Source: Pachysolen tannophilus NRRL Y-2460
Taxonomy: Eukaryota
Assembly: GCA_001661245.1 (NCBI GenBank)
Contig: KV454014.1
Span: forward strand, 960,892-1,024,891
Direction of reading: 5' to 3'
DNA length: 64,000 nucleotides
The notes beneath the pieces are model-generated. The model was not told where the DNA came from. It did not search any database and worked only from the letters and a program-made list of their open reading frames with translations. Every line of letters begins with the position of its first letter. Within the stretch, counting starts at the first letter, position 1. Position numbers and translations under genes: made by a program. Shown piece after piece: positions 12,464 to 23,603 of the stretch.

Positions 12464-14620
12464 ATGACAATAAACTTGCACGAGAAAAAGAGAACAGAAT
12501 CCTTTTTTGGGAGTCAAATGGACTTTGAGTTCCCCATTAGTGATAAGTCGATAACATCCAATCTTGATTCAACAGGAAATAATAGTTCGGATTATTCAGT
12601 AAAAATTTTAAAGACTTTAAATTCAAACGATTTGGAAGTTAGTGATGCTTTCCATAACTTGACGGCTATTTCTGTTTCTGATAGAGATTCAACAAATCAA
12701 TCCAATTTATGGAGTAGTATTACTAATGAGCAAAGAAAAATTAAAACTAGTAATGTTACCAGTAGTGGTAATAATCATAAGCTTTCTTTTACAACGTCAA
12801 TTTCATCATCTTCTTCATCATCTTCTTCAGTGAAGATCAAAGATGGTAACTTCACTCCTTCAACAGTATCATATGCAATTAGTACGGGTAAAGTGAGGCA
12901 GTCACAGTTAAAACAAAATAAAAGTTCACCAATAGGTGCGGTAATTTGTACTACACCGAATGTTAGATCTGCAATTTCAACTTTTAATTATCAACCTCAT
13001 TCAAGATCAAATAGTGTTATAATTTCTAAAATAAATTCAGATCTTGCTAATTCCCAAATATCAAGCATACAAAACTCTAGTGTTATTAGTGTAAAGAGAA
13101 CATCTACTGCTACTTCAAGTTTGAAAAGATCAAAAGCAATAAAATATAAACATGGATGGATTTCAAGGTTAATGATTAAAATAAGGAAAAATCTTCAAAG
13201 ATGGAAGATTGTATTATCTAAAAGAGCTTTTAGGAGAGCAAATTTAAGTAGGCAACGATCTTTATTAGAAAGGTCATCTTCAAGTTTGTTACAAAAATCA
13301 AAATCTTTAAGAGAAGCAAAATTTGATTCAAATCAACAACTGACAAAAAAAATTGGTAATATAGGGAAAAGATTAGAAAATTCAAACAATTTATATTTGG
13401 TTCCTGATTTAAAAGATTTGAATACATTAAAATCATCAGAATTTAGAAAAAGTTTAATCAAGGCAGAAGAAGATGGAAGTTTGAAAAAAAATAATTTGGA
13501 AGTTTACCTCGAAAAAGAGAAAGAATATATCGAACCAGAAAAGATAAAGTCATCTATAGATGAAAAGGATAAAAACCCTCCAGAAGTTTATACACAAAGA
13601 AATATTTCAAATTATCTGGTACGTCCAAGACCAAAATATGCCATGTTGACCCCAATACCTGAAAATGGAAACTCGAAATTTTCACCTTACCCATCGCCTA
13701 ACATTCAACTGCATCCAGGTTTTAACAATACTCAGGAAGATATTACCACTATAAACGGAGAGAAAGAAGTCCTTGTCCAAATAGAAAAACAACAATTGTA
13801 TAACCTGGATGAAACTGAAAAGTTATATAGATTTTATTCTAACTATTTGAAACAAGTACTTATTAACAGAATTATCTTGAAGTTAGAAATTAATGAAAAA
13901 TTAATGGATGAAAATAATTCACAAAATGGAGATCAAGATACAATAACGGATGATGGTATGGAAACTTTATCAGATACAACGTTCAAAGAGGAGCATGCTC
14001 TTGAAGAAGAACAAAACTTTGTTGGGTCAATCATATCAGATTATGAATCTGCTGATTACGAATCAGACGATATTACCTCTAATAGCTATGATGACAGCAG
14101 TTCAAGTACTCTGACTTCTGAAAGTTTGGTTGAATGTGCGGAGTCCATCTATAATGAAGAATACGATAATCTTGATGTCGAAGTGTATTCTGAATCCAAT
14201 TATGACGATGATAGAGAAAGATCTATTTTTTCAATATCGAGACAAACATCCAAAATTTCAAATATAGGTGGTGATTTTGGACCTAATGTCAGTCAAAAAA
14301 GTAATATAACTTATATTGAAGATATTGTTAATTTGAAAAACAAAAATGAAAAAACAACTAGCTGTGATGATACAAGTTATCATTTTAATCCATATTTGGC
14401 AGAAAACAACTATAATCCATACATGAATACTCACTGTGAGAAGTTGGAAGACTCAAACAAAAAAAATTCAAGTGGATCTTTGAGGAAATCTCCAAGTTTT
14501 TTGATTTCTAGAAATTATATAACATCTAGAAATAATAGTGTAATTTCAAATTCTCCAAGTTTTGTATTGAATTCAGAACTTAAGAGAAAGAGTAGCATTA
14601 TAAATGTTGGTAAATGCTAA
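12464..14620 (+). CDS. AIM44: Ser-rich protein, probable Aim44/Gps1 homologue
   Basis: Divergent from TGS1, as AIM44 is in S. cerevisiae; SSLKRSKAIKYK resembles the recalled SLKRSxAI block; otherwise low complexity. Confidence 0.6.
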   Translation: MTINLHEKKRTESFFGSQMDFEFPISDKSITSNLDSTGNNSSDYSVKILKTLNSNDLEVSDAFHNLTAISVSDRDSTNQSNLWSSITNEQRKIKTSNVTSSGNNHKLSFTTSISSSSSSSSSVKIKDGNFTPSTVSYAISTGKVRQSQLKQNKSSPIGAVICTTPNVRSAISTFNYQPHSRSNSVIISKINSDLANSQISSIQNSSVISVKRTSTATSSLKRSKAIKYKHGWISRLMIKIRKNLQRWKIVLSKRAFRRANLSRQRSLLERSSSSLLQKSKSLREAKFDSNQQLTKKIGNIGKRLENSNNLYLVPDLKDLNTLKSSEFRKSLIKAEEDGSLKKNNLEVYLEKEKEYIEPEKIKSSIDEKDKNPPEVYTQRNISNYLVRPRPKYAMLTPIPENGNSKFSPYPSPNIQLHPGFNNTQEDITTINGEKEVLVQIEKQQLYNLDETEKLYRFYSNYLKQVLINRIILKLEINEKLMDENNSQNGDQDTITDDGMETLSDTTFKEEHALEEEQNFVGSIISDYESADYESDDITSNSYDDSSSSTLTSESLVECAESIYNEEYDNLDVEVYSESNYDDDRERSIFSISRQTSKISNIGGDFGPNVSQKSNITYIEDIVNLKNKNEKTTSCDDTSYHFNPYLAENNYNPYMNTHCEKLEDSNKKNSSGSLRKSPSFLISRNYITSRNNSVISNSPSFVLNSELKRKSSIINVGKC

Positions 14621-14767
14621 CAATTTTTTTTTCAAAATTTAGATATGTCATTTATGTAATTAATTTTTTATTTGTAATATTATAAATAATTATCATCTCT
14701 ATATATGAAATAAATATCAATCAATCAATGTATTCTCAACTTTTTTTTTTTTCTTTAGTTTTTTGGC

Positions 14768-15868
14768 CTAATAAAATTTCTTTTCTCTTAATGTTTCAAT
14801 GTCTTTACACATATAATCATACCAATAGAAGCCTGGGAAAATTGTGATGAAATGCCAAATAGCATGTGCATCCAACAAATCCAATATTGGGGGGAAATCA
14901 AATAATTCAAATGACATACCAAATGCAACACATAAAATTAACAAAATTGGTGTTAATGTCCAATTATACTCTTTCATATTAATAAAATTTAAATATTCCA
15001 CATAGCTATGCAAATTGTTTCTCTTATCTACCATTTTTTTAAAAGTTGATATGGAAAGATAGATCCACAAGAAGTATTGTAATATCCCAACAAACACGTT
15101 TGCTTGCATGTTATAAGTATAAGACCAATCAAGTAAGAGTCTTCGTACATGATAAACATATAAACTAATACAAAAAATTGTAAAAACTTTTCTCTTATTA
15201 TTATTTTGTGACAAGTATAATTTGAAAACTCTAACGCAAAGTGCGTAAAATGCTGTTAATACAGTTGCTGCTGCAAAGAAATAATCTAATTTTTCTCTCA
15301 GATTTGTATCTTTTAAATGGAAAAGTGTTGAAAACACCCAAGCAGTCATAGTGATAATCGATACAAGTAAATTGCAAAAATATAAATTCTTAAAATCTGA
15401 ATCTTGGCGTTCATTTTTCAAATATAAAAATTTCATCTTCTTGTAACCCAAATAATGAGGAATAAAATTTCCTATACTAAATGCTGTACTAAAAAATTCT
15501 TGAATACCGAATACTCTAATAAAGGGCCATTTACCATGAAATTGATAAATTTCCTCATTATCTATTTTTCTTTTCTTTGTCACTATTCTTTGACATTGGT
15601 AATCACAATTGCTAAGACAATCCCATCCAACTAATGTTAAATGCAAAGGTAAAGGCATTTCATCAAATAATTTATACAGTTCTTGTTGTTTTTGAAATAA
15701 CTTGACTTCATTTCTTGTAAACCTAGAATTCATAGTGTTCCCACAGGTTAAAACATCACATTTTTTAACACAATCCTGAAATTCGTCTAATTCATCACCT
15801 GGAGAAGCTGATGATAATCGTAACAACACCAAAATTAAAAATAGTGTTTTTTCCACAAGTTTCATCAT
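14768..15868 (-). CDS. PER1: GPI remodelling protein Per1/PGAP3
   Basis: Signal peptide then SPGDEL..F.DC, WDCLSNCDYQCQ, QFHGKWPF.R, REKLDYF, ELFDFPP, DAHAIWH; ATG at 15868. Confidence 0.95.
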   Translation of the reverse strand: MMKLVEKTLFLILVLLRLSSASPGDELDEFQDCVKKCDVLTCGNTMNSRFTRNEVKLFQKQQELYKLFDEMPLPLHLTLVGWDCLSNCDYQCQRIVTKKRKIDNEEIYQFHGKWPFIRVFGIQEFFSTAFSIGNFIPHYLGYKKMKFLYLKNERQDSDFKNLYFCNLLVSIITMTAWVFSTLFHLKDTNLREKLDYFFAAATVLTAFYALCVRVFKLYLSQNNNKRKVFTIFCISLYVYHVRRLLLDWSYTYNMQANVFVGILQYFLWIYLSISTFKKMVDKRNNLHSYVEYLNFINMKEYNWTLTPILLILCVAFGMSFELFDFPPILDLLDAHAIWHFITIFPGFYWYDYMCKDIETLREKKFY

Positions 15869-16140
15869 TTGAATTATATAAAGCAACACCAGCAAAATTA
15901 GAGAAGAAAAGAACCACTATAAACAAATAGCTCAATTCACTCTGACTGTGATATTATCAATTCAAACTTACAATCACAAATATTCTATTATATTATATAT
16001 TATATTTATATATATATATATTTATATAGTTGACTATTATCTTCAACTTCAACATCCCAAAGTCTATAAATTTACCCCTTTCTCGCACTACCTGTTTTCT
16101 TACTGAGTTCAACTTTTCAACTTTTCAACTGTTCAACGGT

Positions 16141-17523
16141 CTATATGGTGTAGTTGTGTTGTATCTTTTCGATATCGATTCTATCTTTAACGAAGCTATT
16201 CTGTACTGGTAAAGATTTCTGGTCTACAACCACTTTGGTCTTTCCGTTTTTGTCTAGTTCAACTAGATCGATATAACCTTGGAAAAATTTTGCCAAAGGG
16301 TCAGCGTACCATCTTTCATTATTATATTTAAACCAGCCTAAATGACCTCCATGATCTGTGATTAACATCATCAAATATGGGTTTGCTTCGACTTCTTTAT
16401 AAGGAATTGAATCTGAGCTAACTATAGGATCATCTCTTGAATTTATAATCAATGTTGGAATACGGAAATTTAATAATCTATTAACTGATGATCCATGTCT
16501 ATAATATTCAAATGCTGTATTAAATCCAAACATTTTACAAGTGAAAAAATTATCAAATTCAGTTATAGAATTAATTTTATCAAAATTTTTATTAAAACTT
16601 TGTTGAAATAATTCATCTTTAGATAATTCTGGTAAATTTTTTAATAATAAATTTTTTAAATTCATCGCCATTATTGGTGAATATATATTTCTTCCAATAA
16701 GAGAACGAGATAATGTATATGAAGATTCAGTTAAATCCCAAGGATTTCCTAAAATTGCAGCAGCAGTTAATTGACAATCATCACCTTCTTGACCTATATA
16801 ATTTGCCAACATACTACCACCTAAAGAAAATCCTGCAGCAAAAATTGGTCTTGATGGGAATTGTAATTTTAAATTTTTAATTAAAAATCTTAAATCTTCT
16901 GTCCATAATCCACAAAATAACTGAGGAGTTGAGATTTTAGAATTAGCACAACCTCTTGAATTTAATACAAGACAATCAAAAACTTGAGCATCTTCATGTA
17001 ACTTTGAAAATAAACATCTAACATAACTTTCAAAACTTCCACCAGTCAATCCATGTAAAACAACCAATAATGGTCTATATTGATTATCCTTTTGAGAATA
17101 ATAATCTTTAATCTCTAAATCAGTCAACATTCTAGTTCTTGGAGGTAAAAGTTCATGAATTTTGTCATTGTCATTGCAATGATTAGAATAAAATTGATCT
17201 TTAGAAATAACTCTATCTATAGAACCTATACCACCATCTTCATATTGTAAAATCTCTCTACCATAATAAATTTCATCAATTTTAGTAAAATCTCCAACAG
17301 CTGCGTAAAAAGTTTGTAAATGACCATTAAATAATAATGGATTGAAAAAACTATATGCATTATTATTAAATTCGGGACTTTTAAGAGAAATTAATTCCGA
17401 AATACTTAATAATGAATCATTAATACTACCATTTTTGTCAATATCATTTTTACCAACTAATTTAATTGAATTCAATGAATAATTTTGTTTAACAAAAGAA
17501 ATAAAACCAAGACCATACATCAT
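16141..17523 (-). CDS. Alpha/beta hydrolase of the Eht1/Eeb1/Mgl2 (ABHD1-3) family
   Basis: NGHLQT, LHGLTGGS.ESY.R, nucleophile elbow GFSLGG, DDP, GGHLGWF. Confidence 0.92.
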   Translation of the reverse strand: MMYGLGFISFVKQNYSLNSIKLVGKNDIDKNGSINDSLLSISELISLKSPEFNNNAYSFFNPLLFNGHLQTFYAAVGDFTKIDEIYYGREILQYEDGGIGSIDRVISKDQFYSNHCNDNDKIHELLPPRTRMLTDLEIKDYYSQKDNQYRPLLVVLHGLTGGSFESYVRCLFSKLHEDAQVFDCLVLNSRGCANSKISTPQLFCGLWTEDLRFLIKNLKLQFPSRPIFAAGFSLGGSMLANYIGQEGDDCQLTAAAILGNPWDLTESSYTLSRSLIGRNIYSPIMAMNLKNLLLKNLPELSKDELFQQSFNKNFDKINSITEFDNFFTCKMFGFNTAFEYYRHGSSVNRLLNFRIPTLIINSRDDPIVSSDSIPYKEVEANPYLMMLITDHGGHLGWFKYNNERWYADPLAKFFQGYIDLVELDKNGKTKVVVDQKSLPVQNSFVKDRIDIEKIQHNYTI

Positions 17524-17787
17524 CTCATTAATCACTTTTTAAACTCCTATCCACTATCTCCTTTAAGAATTAAACTATTTCTTCTTTCTCCGATTATATA
17601 ATAATCTTTAAAATGTTTTCTCGTTCCTAATGGGTATTAAAAAATTTTTCACTTAAATTTTTCCATCGTCTTTCTCGCATATTAAACCCTAAACTCCTTA
17701 CAAATCCTGCCGCTGCTGCCCTTTAAAAATTCTGCCTTTTCTCTTGCAGCCTTTAGCGCGGCTGAAGAGCACATCTTTCTTAATACA

Positions 17788-17823
<36 letters not shown>

Positions 17824-17978
17824 ATTATTTATAATCGGATTATAGACCCATTTTCTTTTTTTAAGTTGATTCGATTGTTTAATTTCTTATATAAATTTGG
17901 ATATATCTTTACTTTTGAAATATTTGAATAAAAAAAAAAATAAAAAAAAAAAAATTTCTATTACTATTTTTTTTTTTA

Positions 17979-18713
17979 ATGTCTTCGATAATTAGGGTAT
18001 TTTCTTGTGGGTTGGTGGACAGGTTTCCTTTTTCTTCTTCCAAGGCTGCTTCATCACAACAAAATTTGTCTGAGACTGATATACATACGGGAGAGATGAT
18101 AGGTAATTCAATGAAGGAAAATAGTAATAATAATCATAATAATCATAATACTGGCGGTAGCGGTAGTGGTAGTGGTAGTGGCGGTAGTGGTTCTAGTGGC
18201 GGTTCTAGCAGTGGTTCTCATATAGTGGACAGTTTGAAAAAAGCAAATATTTTTTTTGGTAATTCTAATGCTCAAGTTACGAGGATAACTAGGGCGGATA
18301 TGTTAAACAGTGCACCTTATCAAACTCAAAAAAATAATAATACTAATAATAATAATGGTCAACATGGACATCGTGGTAGGCGTCATAGTTCAAATGGTGG
18401 TAAAAGAATTGTTTCCGAACATTCTGTTAAAAGCATAAGTTCTTCGCGCCGTCCAAAGATTAATGTTTCACATGTTCCAAATGAAAATGATGATCGAAAT
18501 TATACTCTTGGACATGGTGGACCATGTTCAAATTCAAACTTAAGTCCAAGAACAGGAGGTGCAGTTGATCTTACAGATGGTACTATCCATAGAACATTAA
18601 GTAACTCGAATGCCTCAAGTTTTTCTAATGCAACTACAACAAATGATGATACGGTTCAAATTAAAATTGTTTTCGATACTACGGCACATATTAATCAAGG
18701 TACTGGCATTTAA
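17979..18713 (+). CDS. Hypothetical low-complexity (Gly/Ser/Asn) protein, 244 aa
   Basis: ATG-initiated ORF with higher GC than its flanks; no family recognised. Confidence 0.7.
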   Translation: MSSIIRVFSCGLVDRFPFSSSKAASSQQNLSETDIHTGEMIGNSMKENSNNNHNNHNTGGSGSGSGSGGSGSSGGSSSGSHIVDSLKKANIFFGNSNAQVTRITRADMLNSAPYQTQKNNNTNNNNGQHGHRGRRHSSNGGKRIVSEHSVKSISSSRRPKINVSHVPNENDDRNYTLGHGGPCSNSNLSPRTGGAVDLTDGTIHRTLSNSNASSFSNATTTNDDTVQIKIVFDTTAHINQGTGI

Positions 18714-19651
18714 GAGGAGGAGGAAGTGGGGGGGATGTACAAAAAAAACGAAAAACCCAAAAAAAAAAAGAGAGAGAGATATCAATTCTTAATTCTTTAT
18801 AATTATTCAATAAATTTTGTAGATACAGGAAACTAATTCATCATAAAACACGTAGGTAAAAAATTAAAACATTAAAACATTCAAAAAAAAAAAAAATACC
18901 GTAAATTGTTTAAGTTGTTCGTTCTATCGATGGCAAACTGCTGATTTCTTGAAAAAAAAAGAAAATTTATTACCGACTAAATCCAGACACCGATATATAG
19001 TCGCCTCGGAATTAAACAAATCTGTTAAGATAGATGATGATGATCATTTCTGCCTGCCCCTTGAAAGTTAAGTTGAAAAATAAAAAAAATCTTCTTTTTA
19101 TGGAAAACTCCTTAAATCCTAACTCCATTCGACGGGCATGACTATAACTTTCAATGGCCTTCTAAAAGAAAAGAAAAAGAAAAAAAAACCCAGAATAAAT
19201 CATTTCAATCTAATTTTTCTTTCAATCATCATCTCGGAGGCAAGTTTATATTTTAACTCCGGAGTTTATAAGTTTACTTCCGCTTATATAAGAGGAAAAA
19301 TAAAGAAAATAAAAAGAAACGAAGTAGTGTGGAAACTGAGTTTCACTGCATATTGAAAGAACATTGTTAACCAATTGTTTAGATAGATTACATTATCTGT
19401 ATCCTGCTCAGAAGGTAACTAAATGAACTAAAATGTTAGTTATTTTTGATTTACAATATGGTTATATCTAGGATTTAATTAAAAGGCAATCAACAAACTT
19501 TGGTATATTTTATTGTTATCAAAACAGATTTTATATTTCTTACTATTAAAGCATATATATGTATATGTATATATTTTTTGAAAGAAAAAAAAAAAAAATT
19601 TAAAACCGAAGCCGCACAGCATGCATGTATACAAACTTAAAAAACAACAAA

Positions 19652-19737
19652 CTATAACTTCATTTTCCATTTACTTATCTCTTCATCTTCAATTTCTTCA
19701 AGTGAAGGGTATCTAATAATCTTTCTCTTTTTAGTGG

Positions 19738-19768
<31 letters not shown>

Positions 19769-20848
19769 ATGTGAATCAGAAGAAACTTCTTTTTCAACAA
19801 CCGCAACTTTAATAATATTTGATTGTGCGGCTACGTTATCTTTCTGAGGTAATATAGCGGATATATCTGATACATCTGGGTCCTCAAAAACTTCTTTATT
19901 GTGTCTTGAACTATCTTCGGATTCCAGAGGTGTTTGCGTTACTTCGCTACTACTACTATCATACACTTCTGATGATGTTGAAGAAGGAGTAAGTGGCTCA
20001 GTTTCGGAGTTTTCATAACCTGTATCCTCTGGTGATAAAACTGGAATATTCAATACTCTTTTCTTAGTTTTAGGTTCTGGTTCTGATTGCAGTCCAAAAA
20101 ATTTCCCAAAATCCTGTTTCCTTAGATCAAGATTTTTTGGTAATCTATATGATGAATTAACAAAAGGTTCAAACAATGTTGCATCAAAATTTATTTCAAC
20201 CTCAGTCCTTGTATTTGTTTTCAATTTTTTTGGAATAACAATAACTAAAGCATTATTGACGATTTTATAGTATATTTTCCCAAGAGAAACATCACTTGTT
20301 TTAAATTGAAAAGTTTTTTCAAAATTATCCAACTCTGATGAAACAACTATTTTTGTTATACCATTATTGTTATTCTTTAAAAAATGAATTTCATAAGAAT
20401 TAAAATTATTTTTGAAAAGATCAAAATGTTTTTTAATAATTTGAATTTGAAAATTATCTTCAAATTCCAATTTTCTAATTTCTGAAGGTTGTCTAAGTGC
20501 TAATATCTTAGCTTCTCTTTGTCTTTTTAACTCTGCAGCTAATATACGTCTTCTTTCTTGCCTTTCAGCAGCACTATTGGAAGCTGCAACTAAACTCTCA
20601 ATTAAATCATCCACAGTTATACCATTTTTCCTTTGACCACTGTGACCACCATGTCCACCACGGAAACCATGAAAACCAGCATTACTACTACCAATACTAT
20701 CGGTACCAACACCGCTGCTATAAAATTCACGGCAAGGCACCGAGTGATAAGAAAATCTGGATGGGGAACAACATTGACGATTTCCAAAACCACGTTGGTA
20801 TGGAAGAGTTGTTGGCTCTTGAAGAAAAATTGGAGAAAAAGAATACAT
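19652..20848 (-). CDS. BTN2: Btn2/Cur1-like sequestrase (alpha-crystallin-like core, acidic tail)
   Basis: Aromatic/Cys N-terminus, beta-rich core (FEKTFQF...NNALVIVIPK), C-terminal PSLEEIEDEE resembling the recalled Btn2 PILEEVEDDE; HSE-like units upstream. Confidence 0.65.
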
Positions 20849-21083
20849 AAAAGTTTGGTTTAAAGGAGGAAAAAGCTGAATGATAAAGATATTATAAAAT
20901 TAAAAAATTAGAAATTGATAAAGATAAATGAGGAATGAGGAGGTTTAAATAGATAAAAAAAAAAAAAAAATCCACCTCCAAAAATTTCAGAGGCAAATTA
21001 AAACTATAATAGTACATATATTCAAATCTTTCATTTCCAACAACATATTCAATTGGTAATCAATAAAATTACTTTAATGAAAA

Positions 21084-21151
21084 GAAGGTTCTAGTTGAAC
21101 TTTAATCTCACACCGAAGCTTTCCCCTTTCGTAATAAGGATGCTTCTAGAA
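21084..21151. promoter_or_regulatory. Heat-shock-element-like units upstream of the BTN2-like gene
   Basis: GAAggTTC at 21084-21091 and TTCtaGAA at 21144-21151. Confidence 0.45.
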
Positions 21152-21352
21152 GGAATGCTGCGTAAAATGCGGTACGATGCATTTTATAAATTTCAAGGGC
21201 TGTCTAGCGACTGGACATTAAAAAAAAAATAAAAAAAAATAAAAATGAAATTTCATCTTGTAAAAATAAAGGGCTGTTGCGGACTGAATCAGCAGCGGTA
21301 TTATTCATCTAGGGCCGAAAACCCCAGGACTTAATTAGTTGTTGATTACTTT

Positions 21353-21406
21353 TATAAGACTTTTATAAGTTATAAGACTTCTATAAGTTATAAGACTTTT
21401 ATAAGT
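21353..21406 (+). repeat. 3 x 18-bp tandem repeat TATAAGACTT(T/C)TATAAGT
   Basis: Units at 21353, 21371 and 21389 with one mismatch. Confidence 0.9.
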
Positions 21407-21435
21407 TTCAGTTTGAATATATTGGATGATATAAG

Positions 21436-22257
21436 ATGTTTACTGGTATTGTTGAGCATATTGGAAGTTAGTATTTTGATGCTATAGATATATATATACA
21501 TATATATATATATCTATATATATATGTTTTATTGTTCATAATTTGGAACCTTTTTTTGCAATTACTGACTGAAATTTTAGCCGTCTTGGAGTATACTCCA
21601 TTCGATGATACTGCATCTGGAGGCAATGGTGTCTCATTGACTGTGTCAGATGCAGCTCCGATCTTAAATGATGTTCATTTGGGTGATTCGATATCGATCA
21701 ATGGTGTTTGTTTGACTGTTACAGAATTCACAGATTCAACTTTTAAAGTTGGAATTTCACCAGAGACTTTAAGAAGGACAAATTTAGAAGAACTTAAACC
21801 TGGTTCCAAAGTCAATTTGGAAAGAGCTGTATCATCCCATGTAAGATTTGGTGGTCATTATGTTCAAGGTCATGTAGATACTGTAGCTAAGATCATAAAT
21901 CTGGAAAAGGATGAAAATTCAATTCTTTTCACTTTTCAATTAAGAGATTCGGAATTTATCAATTATATAGTTGAAAAAGGTTTTATTGCATTAGATGGAA
22001 CCTCATTAACTGTGGTAAGCGTTGATCATACTAGAGCACAATTTCAAATTATGATGATTCAATATACACAGAATCAAGTTATAATGCCTTTGAAAAAAAT
22101 TGGTGATTATATTAACGTTGAAGTTGACGTTACTGGTAAATTACTTGAACAACAAGTTGTTCTGAACATTAATGGTCAAATCGGTAATGAGAATTCACCA
22201 TTGGTCAAGTTAATCAATAACATAATTGAAAAGAAATTGAAAGATTTTACTAAATAA
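21436..22257 (+). CDS. RIB5: Riboflavin synthase; exons 21436-21466 and 21581-22257
   Basis: Exon 1 encodes the invariant MFTGIVE start. Intron GTTAGT...TACTGAC (21563)...TAG (21580); the splice gives IG-T-VLEY in frame. Also GDSISINGVCLTV, VNLERA, GGHYVQGHVD. Confidence 0.96.
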
Positions 22258-22334
22258 TTATAGTTAACATTAAACAAAATAGAAAAGAAAAAAAAAGTTA
22301 ATCAATTATATATATATATATATGTAAAGATAAA

Positions 22335-23603
22335 TTATTGAGCAACGAAAATTAAAGAAACCCCTTCATCACCAGCAGTTATCAACTTATTACCGTTATC
22401 CTGTAGAGCAAAATCTAAAATACCCATACTATGGCCGACACCAACAAATAATTCTTCACCGGTTCTTGAATCCCATTTGTAGATTTTACCATTCATTGAA
22501 GAACCAACCAATGTAGTAGATTTGTTGATAAATTGTAATTTTGTTACAGCATCATCAATTTTAATATTACGTCTTGGTCTCCAAGATTTAGTATCGAATA
22601 ATATTACATCACCACTTACTAATCCAACAGCTAATATTGGTAAAACAGAACACCAAGTAATTGTTTCTATACTACTTTCAAATTCATCTTGATCTTCTTT
22701 TAATTCAATTGCTTTTAATAAATTTAAAATATTTCCATTTTCTCCATTTATTATCAGAAGATGAGCATCTCTTGCACCAATTGCCAAGATATTACTTTTA
22801 CCTTCTTCTTTTGATATCGAGACCCATGGTGGAGTCAATCCTTTCAAATCTGATGATTGGATTTTCCAATTGACTTCACCTGTGAATCCATTCCATGAAA
22901 TTATTGAACCATCTTCTGATACAGTGACTAAAGTTAATGCATCTTGGTTATCAATATCAATGAATTCACCATTTGAACAATCCAATTGATGAGAAAATCC
23001 CGACATTAACTGTGCAATTTCAGGAGCAATCTGATAACACCATACAGAACCATCAGAACCACCAAATGCAAAAATTTGTTGTTTTGGATGAACTTTTATC
23101 CAAGTAACTTCAGAAATTTCTTCCAATGAACCAACAAGTTCCCATTTTTGTCCTCTTTTCAAAGATTTAAAAATTTGAATCTTACCTGCCATATCTCCAG
23201 TAACCATATATTCACCATCATTTGTAAAACCTCCAGTGATTACAGATTCTTTATGACCTGTTATTTCAGTAACTAATTTTGGAGGTTGTAAATGGGTTAC
23301 CCAAACATAAGCTGTATTATCCGCCCCACCAGTCACCACAAGTGGCAAGGTAGGATGCGAAAAAACAGTGAAAACAGAATCCTTATGAGTATCAAAATAA
23401 GTCCATGAATTATTAGACATATCAATTTCTTCAACAAGATTTTCATCATGATCATCATCTTCTCCTTCATCGGACATTGGCTCTGCATCATTTTCCAGAT
23501 TAATTTCTTCTTCAACCTCCGTATTGCTCAAGTACCCTTCTCCTTCTTCTCCTTCGTCTACCTCCTCCCCATGCAAACGAGAAACATCTTCCGACTCACT
23601 CAT
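22335..23603 (-). CDS. SQT1: WD40 chaperone of Rpl10
   Basis: Acidic N-terminus, IDMSNNSWTYFD.H.DSVF, WD repeats, GHSMGILDF, ITAGDEGVSLIF; likely start is the second ATG (23603). Confidence 0.93.
   Translation of the reverse strand: MSESEDVSRLHGEEVDEGEEGEGYLSNTEVEEEINLENDAEPMSDEGEDDDHDENLVEEIDMSNNSWTYFDTHKDSVFTVFSHPTLPLVVTGGADNTAYVWVTHLQPPKLVTEITGHKESVITGGFTNDGEYMVTGDMAGKIQIFKSLKRGQKWELVGSLEEISEVTWIKVHPKQQIFAFGGSDGSVWCYQIAPEIAQLMSGFSHQLDCSNGEFIDIDNQDALTLVTVSEDGSIISWNGFTGEVNWKIQSSDLKGLTPPWVSISKEEGKSNILAIGARDAHLLIINGENGNILNLLKAIELKEDQDEFESSIETITWCSVLPILAVGLVSGDVILFDTKSWRPRRNIKIDDAVTKLQFINKSTTLVGSSMNGKIYKWDSRTGEELFVGVGHSMGILDFALQDNGNKLITAGDEGVSLIFVAQ

Noticed and set aside
21353..21406. CRISPR-like array
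   Set aside because: No spacers; plain tandem repeat in a eukaryote.
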